From Candidatus Nanogingivalaceae bacterium (GTDB lineage: Bacteria; Patescibacteriota; Saccharimonadia; Saccharimonadales; Saccharimonadaceae): a DNA stretch of 32,000 nt. Position 1 is the first letter of the stretch; every line of letters starts with the position of its first letter. This document shows positions 1-8,767 of this stretch, in pieces. The position numbers and the translations under genes were made by a program. The notes under the pieces were generated by a model. It was given only the letters and a program-made list of their open reading frames with translations. It did not search any database and was not told where the DNA came from. The DNA lies in the NCBI GenBank assembly GCA_015257795.3, contig CP072208.2, positions 630,001 to 662,000 on the forward strand, in the 5' to 3' direction.

Positions 1-1239
1 AACTTCCTTCAAAAGCCCCGCGTCGGCAGGTTTATAACCTTTAGAAATTAGTTTACTTAGATTTTCAGTAACTTTATCCCAATAAAATAGTCTTCTAACT
101 TTTGAAAGATTTGTTGAAACTTGTTTGAGAGTTTCTTTATCTTTCGAAATTTTAATAATCTCTTTTTCGATAGTTTTTGCATCAAGATCTGGCAAAATAT
201 AAACCGCTTTATTTGCTTCCAAAATATCACTCATTGGGTCACCGCCGTTCGTAACAATTGGTAGGTCGGCCCAAACATAATCAACCAACCGCGTTCTCCA
301 AGCGAGCGTATTCTCCATTCCAATATTGTTAATCAGCACTACAGCATCACTTCCAAGATACCATTCAGCCCTATCTTCAAATTTAACCCAATCAGTAATA
401 TGAACGATTTCATCCATATTATTATTTTTAATATAGTCCATGACCTCTTCGTATCTTTTTATGAAATCTGGGTGTTGATTGAATGGATTTTTAACTCCAA
501 CCATGATTAATTCAATTGGTGTTGTTTTATTGGCATTTTTAACAGCCTCGAGTAGATTAGTGAGATCAAACCAAGGGTAAATTCCACCAAACCACAACAG
601 TTTGAAAGCCTTTTTATTCTTAACAAGTTTCGATACTGGATCATTCTTAGCTACCGCTTTTTCTCGATAAATACCATAAGGAACAATCTGAATTAGATCT
701 TCATCACCATAAGTTATTGGATTTATTCGGCCAACTTGCGCCATCACGCCTGTGTAAAATTTCTTTTGAGCTTCGTTTGCACATAGCAAAATATCACCTC
801 TTCTCAAGGCTTTTGTCCATATCTTATTTTCGAAATTAAACGCATCATATTCACGATCAAGGTTATCTGAATTTCGTGCAGACATCTCAATGTGAATAGG
901 AACATACCCATCCAATATTAACTGCTGATCTTGACGTATATTATCAACAACTGTTTGCGTTATATCTCCAGCATTATAACTAACAAGAACTGAATCAAAT
1001 TCTTGAATTTTCTCTGCCAATGTCGATATTTCCCAAGTAGAAATTTTAATACCATTTAATTCATCCGTAAAATTATCTTGTTTAAAAACTTGGTTATATG
1101 AAACTTCAACTTCATACTTATCTTTTGAATTATTTTGAAGTCCATTCGCTAGCCCCCAAGCTCTCAATCCACCACCTTCAACATTTTTAATTTCTGGTGC
1201 TGGAACTGGACCATTCGAAATGATTAAAATTTTTTTCAT
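1..1239 (-). CDS. Glycosyltransferase, GT-B fold (GT4-like); 3' end runs off the window
   Basis: Missing from the supplied track because it is truncated by the window edge. My reverse-strand translation from the ATG (1239-1237) stays open for all 413 codons: MKKILIISNGPVPAPEIKNVEGGGLRAWGLANGL...GMENTLAWRTRLVDYVWADLPIVTNGGDPMSDILEANKAVYIL... This shows a Gly-rich N-terminal loop and a C-terminal sugar-nucleotide region typical of GT-B enzymes. AAGGAG lies 5 nt upstream, and the start overlaps the upstream stop as TAATG. Confidence 0.6.
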   Translation of the reverse strand, partial: MKKILIISNGPVPAPEIKNVEGGGLRAWGLANGLQNNSKDKYEVEVSYNQVFKQDNFTDELNGIKISTWEISTLAEKIQEFDSVLVSYNAGDITQTVVDNIRQDQQLILDGYVPIHIEMSARNSDNLDREYDAFNFENKIWTKALRRGDILLCANEAQKKFYTGVMAQVGRINPITYGDEDLIQIVPYGIYREKAVAKNDPVSKLVKNKKAFKLLWFGGIYPWFDLTNLLEAVKNANKTTPIELIMVGVKNPFNQHPDFIKRYEEVMDYIKNNNMDEIVHITDWVKFEDRAEWYLGSDAVVLINNIGMENTLAWRTRLVDYVWADLPIVTNGGDPMSDILEANKAVYILPDLDAKTIEKEIIKISKDKETLKQVSTNLSKVRRLFYWDKVTENLSKLISKGYKPADAGLLKEV

Positions 1240-2243
1240 TATTTCTCCTTACTACTATCTTTATGAATAATCTTATGTAGACCAAACCACTTTCGGTTTT
1301 CTAGTTCTTCAATATTATTCTCTAAATTTTTTACATTATTTTCATGATGCTTAATGATTAGCCCTTGCTCATCTATAAACTTCTGTCTATCACTTAATAG
1401 CTTGTTCCGCTCTAAAATTGAAATCTCTTTTTCCGCAAGATAGTTTTCAAGTGTGGTTTGTTTTTCTAAGAGCTCCTTAATCGCCTGTAAAAAATTAACT
1501 TTTTCTTGATATTTTTGTAAAAATTTTATCTGCGTTTGAAGTAGTCGCTGGTTTCTTTCTTGAATTCTCGAAAGATCTTCTGGATGGGAGTCTGATCCTG
1601 TAGTAAACCTATATGCAACCATTGGCTCTTCTATTGTTGAAAGTTTGGTCTTAACAAATAATTCCAGTTGGATATCAAATGTATCATCAGGAGTTTTAGT
1701 ATCAAGTGTATTGTTTATTTCCTTCATTAGTTCAGTATTAACTAACCATGTTGAAGCATTTGTAAAACCTTTAGAAATTAACATCTCAGTAAAATCTTCG
1801 GGCATTTTTACAAATTTTTCAGCGAAAGACTTTTTAAAAAGAATTTCCCCTTCCTCATTCTCAGTTTGAAATTCAGTATTACACCATTTCGAATCTTTAT
1901 TACTCTCGAGAAGATCGACTTGTTTTTGTAGCTTATCTTTTTTAATCCAATAATCATCACCGTCGCACCGAGCTATATATTTGCCTCGAGCCTTATTACA
2001 TATTTTCTTCCAAGTTTTCGCAATCCCTAGATTTTTTTCATTTTCGAAGAAACGAATCTTCTTAGGATTTTCATTTGCAAATTTTCGAATAATTTTAGAC
2101 GATGCATCGGTGGAAGCGTCGTCAATAATTAAAATCTCAAACTCAAAACTAGTTTCCTGCATTAAAAAGCTCTCAATTGCTTGCGCAATCCACTTTTCTT
2201 TATTGAAACTCGTACAAACTACAGAAACTAACGGATTTTTCAT
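1239..2243 (-). CDS. Family-2 (GT-A) glycosyltransferase with a C-terminal coiled-coil extension
   Basis: GT2 hallmarks are present: VSVVCTSFNKEKWIAQAIESFLMQ, IIDDASTD, CDGDDYW. The last ~110 aa are heptad-like (KNLENNIEELENRK). GAGGAG lies upstream of the ATG. Confidence 0.85.
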   Translation of the reverse strand: MKNPLVSVVCTSFNKEKWIAQAIESFLMQETSFEFEILIIDDASTDASSKIIRKFANENPKKIRFFENEKNLGIAKTWKKICNKARGKYIARCDGDDYWIKKDKLQKQVDLLESNKDSKWCNTEFQTENEEGEILFKKSFAEKFVKMPEDFTEMLISKGFTNASTWLVNTELMKEINNTLDTKTPDDTFDIQLELFVKTKLSTIEEPMVAYRFTTGSDSHPEDLSRIQERNQRLLQTQIKFLQKYQEKVNFLQAIKELLEKQTTLENYLAEKEISILERNKLLSDRQKFIDEQGLIIKHHENNVKNLENNIEELENRKWFGLHKIIHKDSSKEK

Positions 2244-2323
2244 TTACTACTTTTCTCCTCAATAGATGTTTCAATTGTTTAAACTAATATCCTAAAAGAT
2301 AACTCCCGTTCTCAAGATTGATC

Positions 2324-3523
2324 TTATTTGATCCTTTCAACCTTAAAAACTTCACTATTGAGCAATGCATAATCTGAAATTTCTTTTTTGTTTGAAAGCT
2401 TAAAAATTAAGGAATTTTCATCATTCGTAAAGCCAATTAAGTTTTCATTACCACTCAACTTTTTATTGGCATCTCGAATTGAAGCAGTAAGCTTAAACTC
2501 ACTACTGTTAAATAATTCCATCGGAATTGAAAACCTTACCTTTTGGTCACCACGATCAACATAAACTTGGCTCGAATCGTAGACAATTCCACCACGAGTT
2601 TGATCGAACATAGCCACTGCAAGGAAGATTTTTTTCTTACCTATATAATTATACTCTACCTCAAATTCAAAATTCTCTTTATTTGATACAACTTTTTTAC
2701 TGATTGCATTAATCTTTAATTTAGTCAGTTCATCATTCAAACCAAGAACTTCTTGAGTTTCAGGCTCTTTCTTTCCAAGTTTTTCAAGATTTAATTGGGT
2801 GTAAGCTTCAACAACTTCATCGATACTTCCAAGAGAAGCAACTTCACCTTGGTTAATCATAATAGCCTTATTACAATATCTACGCACAGAAGACATAGAG
2901 TGCGTCACAAGGATGACAGTTTTAGTCTTATCTTTTTTAATTTTCGAGAAGAAATCATCACATTTTCGCTGGAAAGCTTCATCACCAACCGCCAAAACTT
3001 CATCCAAAACCAGGATATCACCCTGAGCTTTAATCGCAATCGAAAAAGCCAAACGAACTTGCATTCCGCTAGAGTAATTCTTTAGTTTTTGGTCCATAAA
3101 TTCTTCAAGTTCCGCAAACTCAACAATTTCGTCATACATTGCCGAAACTTCATCTTTCGAAAAACCTAAAAGCGCACCGTTAAGATAAATATTTTCACGA
3201 CCAGTTAGCTCTGGGTTGAATCCAACGCCAAGCTCAATAAATGGAATTAATGTCCCGTTAACTTTTACAGTTCCTTTTTCAGGAGTATAAATTTGTGAAA
3301 TAATTTTTAAAAGAGTCGATTTTCCTGAGCCGTTTCTTCCAACTATGCCAAAAAAATCACCTTTTTCAACTTTAAATGAAATATCTTTTAAAACATGTTG
3401 TTCTTTGTAACCTTTAATTCCTTTTGTCCAGTTTACGAAAGCCTGTTTAATACCGTTAGCCTGTTCAGTTGGCAAACGAAAACTTTTCGAAACATGTTTC
3501 ACTTCTAAAGCGTATTTTCCCAT
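2324..3523 (-). CDS. Glycan/teichoic-acid exporter ATP-binding protein (Wzt/TagH type) with an extra C-terminal beta-rich domain
   Basis: Walker A GRNGSGKST, signature YSSGMQVRLAF, Walker B ILVLDEVLAVGD, H-loop LVTHS. The additional ~150-aa C-terminal domain resembles that of Wzt-type exporters. Confidence 0.85.
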   Translation of the reverse strand: MGKYALEVKHVSKSFRLPTEQANGIKQAFVNWTKGIKGYKEQHVLKDISFKVEKGDFFGIVGRNGSGKSTLLKIISQIYTPEKGTVKVNGTLIPFIELGVGFNPELTGRENIYLNGALLGFSKDEVSAMYDEIVEFAELEEFMDQKLKNYSSGMQVRLAFSIAIKAQGDILVLDEVLAVGDEAFQRKCDDFFSKIKKDKTKTVILVTHSMSSVRRYCNKAIMINQGEVASLGSIDEVVEAYTQLNLEKLGKKEPETQEVLGLNDELTKLKINAISKKVVSNKENFEFEVEYNYIGKKKIFLAVAMFDQTRGGIVYDSSQVYVDRGDQKVRFSIPMELFNSSEFKLTASIRDANKKLSGNENLIGFTNDENSLIFKLSNKKEISDYALLNSEVFKVERIK

Positions 3524-4347
3524 TACATAATCTCCGCAAATTTCTTTGAATTTTTATTAAAATACCAAAGTCCGAAAACAACCAAAAATATTGCTAGCGA
3601 AATTGGAATTATTGCTATCCAATAATTTTGGAATAGTGTCCAAAAAGTTGGCGTTTCTAGTGCAATTAAATTATGGCGAATATCCTGGATTGCTAGCGCT
3701 ATTGGATTAAGCATCATTAATTTCGCAACTGATACGCCAAAAATTGAGACTTTTGATACCATTGAAATTGGGTACATAATCGGCATTGAATATACCAGAA
3801 TCTGCATAAAAACTTCCCAGATATGCGAAACATCGCGGAATTTAACATATAGAGTCGACAAGATCAACGCAAGACCAAAAGCAACTGCAAATAACAGAAT
3901 GATGTTAAAAGGTAGCCATAAAACTGTTAGGTGATACTTCACCCCTGCAAATATTGCAAACGCTAGCACTACTAGAAGATTTATCGAAAGCGAGATTAAA
4001 GCACTCACCATCGAAGAAAGAATCACGATGTATTTTGGAAAATTAATTTTCCGCATCAAATCACCGCGAGAAACAATAGACGTCATTCCTAATGTTACAG
4101 CTTCAGTAAAGAACGCCCAAAGCGAAAGACCCAAAAGTAATGTAATTGCATAGTTAGGAATTGAAGGGTCAGTAATTCGCAAAAATTTAACAAAAACAAA
4201 GTACATCACCACAAAAATCATAAGCGGTTTTAATACCGACCATAGAATCCCTAAAACCGACCCTTGGTACCTTAATTTAAAATCTGTTTTAACGAGCTCC
4301 GCAAGTAAGACTCGGTTTCTCTTATCAAAAAATCCCATTTTAGTCAT
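3523..4347 (-). CDS. ABC-2 type glycan exporter permease (Wzm/TagG-like)
   Basis: 274 aa, multi-pass hydrophobic protein with ABC-2 architecture. Its stop overlaps the start of the ATPase gene (TAATG). Confidence 0.8.
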   Translation of the reverse strand: MTKMGFFDKRNRVLLAELVKTDFKLRYQGSVLGILWSVLKPLMIFVVMYFVFVKFLRITDPSIPNYAITLLLGLSLWAFFTEAVTLGMTSIVSRGDLMRKINFPKYIVILSSMVSALISLSINLLVVLAFAIFAGVKYHLTVLWLPFNIILLFAVAFGLALILSTLYVKFRDVSHIWEVFMQILVYSMPIMYPISMVSKVSIFGVSVAKLMMLNPIALAIQDIRHNLIALETPTFWTLFQNYWIAIIPISLAIFLVVFGLWYFNKNSKKFAEIM

Positions 4348-4357
4348 TATGCTTACA

Positions 4358-4366
4358 ATTATACCA
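4358..4366 (-). promoter_or_regulatory. Extended -10 box TGgTATAAT, 10 nt upstream of the permease ATG
   Basis: The reverse complement of 4348-4370 reads aaTATGGTATAATtgtaagcata followed by ATG. There is no Shine-Dalgarno (SD) sequence in the gap. Confidence 0.45.
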
Positions 4367-4378
4367 TATTAATCTATT

Positions 4379-4410
4379 AAAAAAAAGATCACTCTCGAGA
4401 GAGAATGACC
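4379..4410 (-). terminator. Rho-independent terminator after the lectin-repeat gene
   Basis: Imperfect 10-bp hairpin (4387-4396 / 4401-4410, 8 of 10 positions paired, centred on CTCTCGAGAG), followed on the minus strand by a run of 8 T. Confidence 0.5.
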
Positions 4411-4420
4411 TTTTTAAAAA

Positions 4421-6697
4421 CTATTGTTTTAATTTCCACTGTTGAGAAAGAGTCTGGTTTCTTGAATACAATTGTAACTTAGTACCGGACACGCCTATCA
4501 TCCCCCCAGACACATCTATAGTCTTGTTGGAATCACAGGCGGATAAAATTTCATACAACCCGTTATCGCTCTTTAAGATTTTCCATTTTTGAGCACAAGT
4601 TCCGTTATAATCATAGAGTTGAAGTTTAGTACCGTTTGATATTCTACCACCAGACACATCAATTACTTTACCGTTATCACTACGGATGACATAAAGATTG
4701 TCTGAAGTTTTTTCGATAGTAAAATTCTGAGCAAGTGTTTTATTTTGGTTGTATATTTGTAAATTCGCACCATTAGTCATTCTACCACTAGCTACATCCA
4801 TCGCTAATGTAGTCATGGTTGAAACTACATGCTTACCTTCTACCTCATCGCTATTAGATATTTGTTCATCTAAAGCCTTAATAGTGTTAACATCCTCAAT
4901 CTTCCATCTTTGTGCATCGGTGTTATTAGAGCTATAACCTTGAAGATATGAGCCGCTAGTATTAATAGCGCCATTAACAACATCTATAACAAAACCTCCA
5001 GAACAAGCATTTTGAACCTTATAAGCGCCTCTTTCATCGGCATGAATTGACCAAAGTTGCTCGCAAGAATTTTGTCTATCATGATTGAAGCGTAGTTGCT
5101 TAGCATTTACATTCTCAGTTATTTCCAAAAAACTTCCACTAGATATACTTTTAATTTTATAGAACACTCCGTCATACTTTTTTATCTCAAATTGTTGAAT
5201 TGGGCTATTTGAGACAAAATCTACGATATGAGCGGAAGCTTCTTCATTCTTAATACCTATAACCTTGTTAGATACAAAATTCGAAATCTTAAACGTTCCA
5301 TTTAGGCCTTGAGATAAAGATTTAATATTGAACTCTTGAGATGGCGTATCATTCCTGCTATAAAGTTGAAGTTTAGTACCAGAAGAATTTACATTTCCAC
5401 CGACTATATCCAACGCTTTATTTCCATTACACTTAGAAAGAATTTCAATCTTTCCGTTAGGTTTTCTACTTAAAGCCCATTTTTGTGCACAAGTTCCATT
5501 ATAATCATAAAGTTGAACCGAAGCTCCATTAATAGTTCTTCCTCCAGCCACATCAAGAACTTTTCCTGATCCTAAGTTCCTAATAACGTAGTATCCGTCG
5601 TCAGTCTGTTCGAATGAAAATTGTTGCGCTTTAGAACTATTTGCAGCATAGATTTGAATACGAGCACCATTTGAGTTGATTGCGCCATTTTCAATATCTA
5701 AATTTAATGAAGAGTTAGCCGAAACTGCATAAGAATCTTTAGGCAAAGCCACATTAGATTTAACAATTTCAACCTTGTCATCAGTAGTTGAACCAAATAA
5801 CTGATTGTAGAACATGAAGAAATTACGATTTCCGTAAGCGCCACAATTTGCAGTTCCTGGGAAGTTTGCAAGTGCTGCATCATTTGGAACATATGGAGTG
5901 TAGATATACAAGCTTAGTGTTGCAACATTTTCAATATTAACTCGTTTTGTTCCACATGCTGGATTTGGCGAATATTGTATATTATTCCAACCAATTCTCA
6001 AAGAGTATCCGCCATCTTTATAGTGATCTTTATAATATTTTAATTGCCAAGCAGCAAGAGTCATCTGTTTATAAAAACCAGCTTTCGAATTTACACAAGC
6101 AGCAGTATAGTTTGGCCCAGAATCAGGACAACCATAACCCATTGCATATTTATATTGACCCTTTACCGGCCAATTATCATTTAAGACATTCTGTGATTCC
6201 TTTTTTAATAGGACTAAAAGAACCTTCGGGCTAATTCCATATTCTTGAGCAGCATTATAAATAATTTGCGCAGCTGATATCCCGCCACTAAACGCTCCAC
6301 CACCTTTTTCGAAAGAAGTTTCACCTGTATTTGGATTTTCGTGATAGTTGTTTATACAAACATACGGCGGTTGATGCCAATAACTCGAACGTTGAGCCGC
6401 CGCAAATTGCGCCGCGGTTCGTCCATCACCCCTACCAGACGGCCCACTACCCCAAGTATCACATTGTCCAACTTGACTATTTAAAAATGCCTGAATTTGT
6501 TGAACATTCATAGAGTCTTTATCATAAAAAACACTATCATCAATAATTCTTCCTGGATTAAAATCAGTTGCGCGTACTGCGCTTGAGATATTTCGAATTA
6601 TAGCTAAAGCACTAAAAACAATTAGTGCCACAACTGGAACCCCAATAAAAACTGCTTTTCTAAATTCTCTATTTCTCGATCGTAAAACTTTGAGCAT
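4421..6697 (-). CDS. Secreted or membrane-anchored protein: N-terminal signal anchor, ~300-aa Cys-containing domain (tentatively lysozyme/lytic-transglycosylase-like), three ricin-type beta-trefoil lectin modules
   Basis: N-terminal hydrophobic segment AVFIGVPVVALIVFSALAII. Repeated (QxW)-type subrepeats: AQQFSFE, AQKWALS, SQEFNIK, EQLWSIH, AQRWKIE, AQNFTIE, AQKWKIL, SQQWKLK. The N-domain motif ISPKVLLVLLKKESQ...AMGYGCPD recalls Glu-Ser catalytic motifs of muramidase-like folds; that assignment is uncertain. Confidence 0.8.
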   Translation of the reverse strand: MLKVLRSRNREFRKAVFIGVPVVALIVFSALAIIRNISSAVRATDFNPGRIIDDSVFYDKDSMNVQQIQAFLNSQVGQCDTWGSGPSGRGDGRTAAQFAAAQRSSYWHQPPYVCINNYHENPNTGETSFEKGGGAFSGGISAAQIIYNAAQEYGISPKVLLVLLKKESQNVLNDNWPVKGQYKYAMGYGCPDSGPNYTAACVNSKAGFYKQMTLAAWQLKYYKDHYKDGGYSLRIGWNNIQYSPNPACGTKRVNIENVATLSLYIYTPYVPNDAALANFPGTANCGAYGNRNFFMFYNQLFGSTTDDKVEIVKSNVALPKDSYAVSANSSLNLDIENGAINSNGARIQIYAANSSKAQQFSFEQTDDGYYVIRNLGSGKVLDVAGGRTINGASVQLYDYNGTCAQKWALSRKPNGKIEILSKCNGNKALDIVGGNVNSSGTKLQLYSRNDTPSQEFNIKSLSQGLNGTFKISNFVSNKVIGIKNEEASAHIVDFVSNSPIQQFEIKKYDGVFYKIKSISSGSFLEITENVNAKQLRFNHDRQNSCEQLWSIHADERGAYKVQNACSGGFVIDVVNGAINTSGSYLQGYSSNNTDAQRWKIEDVNTIKALDEQISNSDEVEGKHVVSTMTTLAMDVASGRMTNGANLQIYNQNKTLAQNFTIEKTSDNLYVIRSDNGKVIDVSGGRISNGTKLQLYDYNGTCAQKWKILKSDNGLYEILSACDSNKTIDVSGGMIGVSGTKLQLYSRNQTLSQQWKLKQ

Positions 6698-7280
6698 CAG
6701 ATTTTCCTTCTTGTTTTTGTTTTATATTTTTATATGTTGTTACCGCAGTCCACTTACCAGATTTAAGATCATTATCACTGATTTTTTTCGAAACAGCCTT
6801 ACAATACTTATTGTTTGGACTTTCTAAAATTTCAGTTGAAAGTTCAATAGTAGTTCCGTCTGTATGGGTTAGAGTATACGAACATTTCCCGTTTCCGTCA
6901 TCATAAAGCAATCCTGAAATTTGTCCAGCAACACGAACTGCACCATCTTCAACTTGAACTGTTGTATAAGTCGGGAAACTGGTATATCCTGATGTATCAG
7001 TAGTTCCTTCTGCACGATCTGTTGTCGTATTCTTGGTTTTTGAATCAATAATCTTTTTTTCAGATTCGTCTTGTTTTTTATTTTCATTTTCAGATTTTTT
7101 TGAATCTGTTTTTTTATCTTCAACCTTCGAAGTTTTTTCTTCTTTTTTATTTTCACTTTTATCGCTCTTTCGTGAATTCATCCACCAAAAAGCTCCGCCA
7201 GCTCCAAGCAGCAAAATAATCGCAACAATTACGAAAGCAATAATTTTAGTTTTTTTAGTATTTTGTCTATTTATTTTCAT
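6669..7280 (-). CDS. Membrane-anchored surface protein with a Lys/Glu/Asp-rich linker and a small C-terminal 2-Cys beta-rich domain
   Basis: N-terminal TM segment IIAFVIVAIILLLGAGGAFWW, then a low-complexity KSDKSENKKEEKTSKVEDKK linker, then a C-terminal globular part. AGGAG SD. The gene overlaps the next gene by 29 nt. Confidence 0.6.
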   Translation of the reverse strand: MKINRQNTKKTKIIAFVIVAIILLLGAGGAFWWMNSRKSDKSENKKEEKTSKVEDKKTDSKKSENENKKQDESEKKIIDSKTKNTTTDRAEGTTDTSGYTSFPTYTTVQVEDGAVRVAGQISGLLYDDGNGKCSYTLTHTDGTTIELSTEILESPNNKYCKAVSKKISDNDLKSGKWTAVTTYKNIKQKQEGKSDAQSFTIEK

Positions 7281-7353
7281 TTTTTCTCCTGAAACAATTT
7301 TATCATAAGCTCAATAAAAAATCAACGTTTTTAAAGTTTTTTTAAACTTTTTA

Positions 7354-7362
7354 TGTTATAAT
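7354..7362 (+). promoter_or_regulatory. Extended -10 box TGtTATAAT, 9 nt upstream of the ATG at 7372
   Basis: Sequence tTATGTTATAATataactactATG. No SD fits in the gap. Confidence 0.5.
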
Positions 7363-7371
7363 ATAACTACT

Positions 7372-8337
7372 ATGAAAAAACTCATCACGATTATGATACC
7401 CGCCTATAATGAGGAAAAAGCTCTACCAAAACTTTTCGAAAGGCTAGATCTTTTAGCCAACAATGTAATAAAATACGATTTCGAATTCCTTTTTATTAAC
7501 GATGGATCAAAAGATCGAACGATGAAAATTATTCACGACCAAAGCGAAAAAGACCCGCGAATTTCATACATCAATTTAAGCCGTAATTTCGGCAAAGAAA
7601 ATGCGATGCTCGCTGGATTTGATTACGCTAAGGGTGATGCTCTAGTGATTATTGATGCTGACCTCCAAGATCCGCCTGAATTAATTCCTGCAATGATCAA
7701 TCTTTGGGAAGATGGCTATGATGACATTTACGCTAAGCGTGAATCTCGTGAAGGTGAAACTTGGCTTAAAAAACAAACTTCGAAATGGTTTTATAATATT
7801 CTTGACACTATTTCACAAATCGAAATTCAACGAGATACCGGAGATTTCCGACTACTCGATCGGCGAGCTGTCGAGGCTTTAAAAACCTTGCGCGAAACAA
7901 ACCGATATACAAAAGGTATGTTTTCTTGGATCGGTTTTAAGAAAAAAGAAATCACCTATAAACGAGACGCTCGTGTTGCCGGCGAAACTAAATGGAATTA
8001 TGCCAAACTCATTAATTTAGCCGTTGAGGGAATCACTAGTTTTACCGTTGCTCCTCTTCGAATTGCAACATTCACTGGAATTCTAATTTCAATAGGTGCA
8101 TTTATTTGGATTGCTTTCTTGGTAATTCGGCCTCTTTTTGGTGTACCGGTTGGAAACGGTTATGCTTCAATTATGTCTGTAATTCTATTTCTAGGTGGCA
8201 TTCAGCTTCTTTCGATTGGTATTCTTGGTGAATATATTGGCAAAATTTTTATTGAATCAAAAAATCGACCAGTTTATCTAGCGCAAGAAATCAAGGAGTT
8301 TAAGCGTGAAAAATCTACTAAAAAAGCTCAAAAATAA
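7372..8337 (+). CDS. Polyprenyl-phosphate glycosyltransferase (GtrB/CsbB/ArnC family, GT2)
   Basis: IMIPAYNEE, FINDGSKDRT, IIDADLQDPPE, GDFRLLDRR motifs, plus two C-terminal TM helices typical of the family. Confidence 0.85.
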   Translation: MKKLITIMIPAYNEEKALPKLFERLDLLANNVIKYDFEFLFINDGSKDRTMKIIHDQSEKDPRISYINLSRNFGKENAMLAGFDYAKGDALVIIDADLQDPPELIPAMINLWEDGYDDIYAKRESREGETWLKKQTSKWFYNILDTISQIEIQRDTGDFRLLDRRAVEALKTLRETNRYTKGMFSWIGFKKKEITYKRDARVAGETKWNYAKLINLAVEGITSFTVAPLRIATFTGILISIGAFIWIAFLVIRPLFGVPVGNGYASIMSVILFLGGIQLLSIGILGEYIGKIFIESKNRPVYLAQEIKEFKREKSTKKAQK

Positions 8338-8734
8338 CCAAGCTTTCTGGTTCTCGATAATTGGTGGAATTAATACAGCACTCGACTTTATAATTCTTTT
8401 TGTTTTAACATCTTTTGGTATAAAAATTTTCATTGCGAACATTTTTTCAACTGGGATCACATTTATTATTAGCTTTCTAATGAATAAGAAAATAACCTTC
8501 AAATCTGTTTCGAATAATAAAAAAGAACTTATTCACGAAATGGTTTTATTTATTCTCGTAACTCTTTTTGGACTTTGGGTTATTCAAAATATTGTCATCT
8601 CAACCACAATGCCAATTTTCGAAAACTTACTTAAAAATAAGCGAATATCATTATTACTATCAAAACTTATTGCTACTATTTTCAGTTTAATTTGGAACTT
8701 TATACTCTATAAAAAAGTAGTCTTCAAAAAATAA
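8306..8734 (+). CDS. GtrA-family small membrane protein (putative lipid-linked sugar translocase)
   Basis: 142 aa with four hydrophobic segments, following a GtrB-like gene. GTG start, with AAGGAG 6 nt upstream. Confidence 0.75.
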   Translation: MKNLLKKLKNNQAFWFSIIGGINTALDFIILFVLTSFGIKIFIANIFSTGITFIISFLMNKKITFKSVSNNKKELIHEMVLFILVTLFGLWVIQNIVISTTMPIFENLLKNKRISLLLSKLIATIFSLIWNFILYKKVVFKK

Positions 8735-8758
8735 AAGCGGCCAGTTACAGCCGTTTTT
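8733..8758 (+). terminator. Weak hairpin plus T-run between convergent genes
   Basis: aaaaGCGGCcagttacaGCCGttttt: a 4-bp GC core extended by G-U and A-U pairs. Confidence 0.4.
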
Positions 8759-8767
8759 ATTATATTT

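Noticed and set aside
1645-2265. Plus-strand ORFs of 74 and 94 aa from the track. The same kind of ORF occurs at 2795-3085, 4749-4937, 5947-6513, 7033-7308, 11480-11701, 13077-13262, 13868-15982, 18275-19518, 20095-20812, 22066-22650, 22931-23221, 23588-23842, 27536-27733, 28102-28323, 29228-29449, 30614-30913 and 31444-31626.
   Set aside because: All lie antisense to, or out of frame within, long well-supported genes. Their translations are low-complexity or Ser/Phe/Leu-rich, as expected for shadow ORFs in AT-rich DNA. None has a start-site signal.
7036-7140. Multiple A/T homopolymers (7-8 nt) in the Lys-rich linker, considered as frameshift-type phase-variation sites.
   Set aside because: They are explained by AAA/AAG Lys codons in a low-complexity region. 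Nothing in a single sequence distinguishes them from ordinary composition.
6869-7156. Alternative-frame 95-aa Lys-rich ORF inside the 203-aa surface-protein gene.
   Set aside because: It is a by-product of the A-rich low-complexity linker. It has no independent start signals, and the main frame has the TM anchor and the SD.
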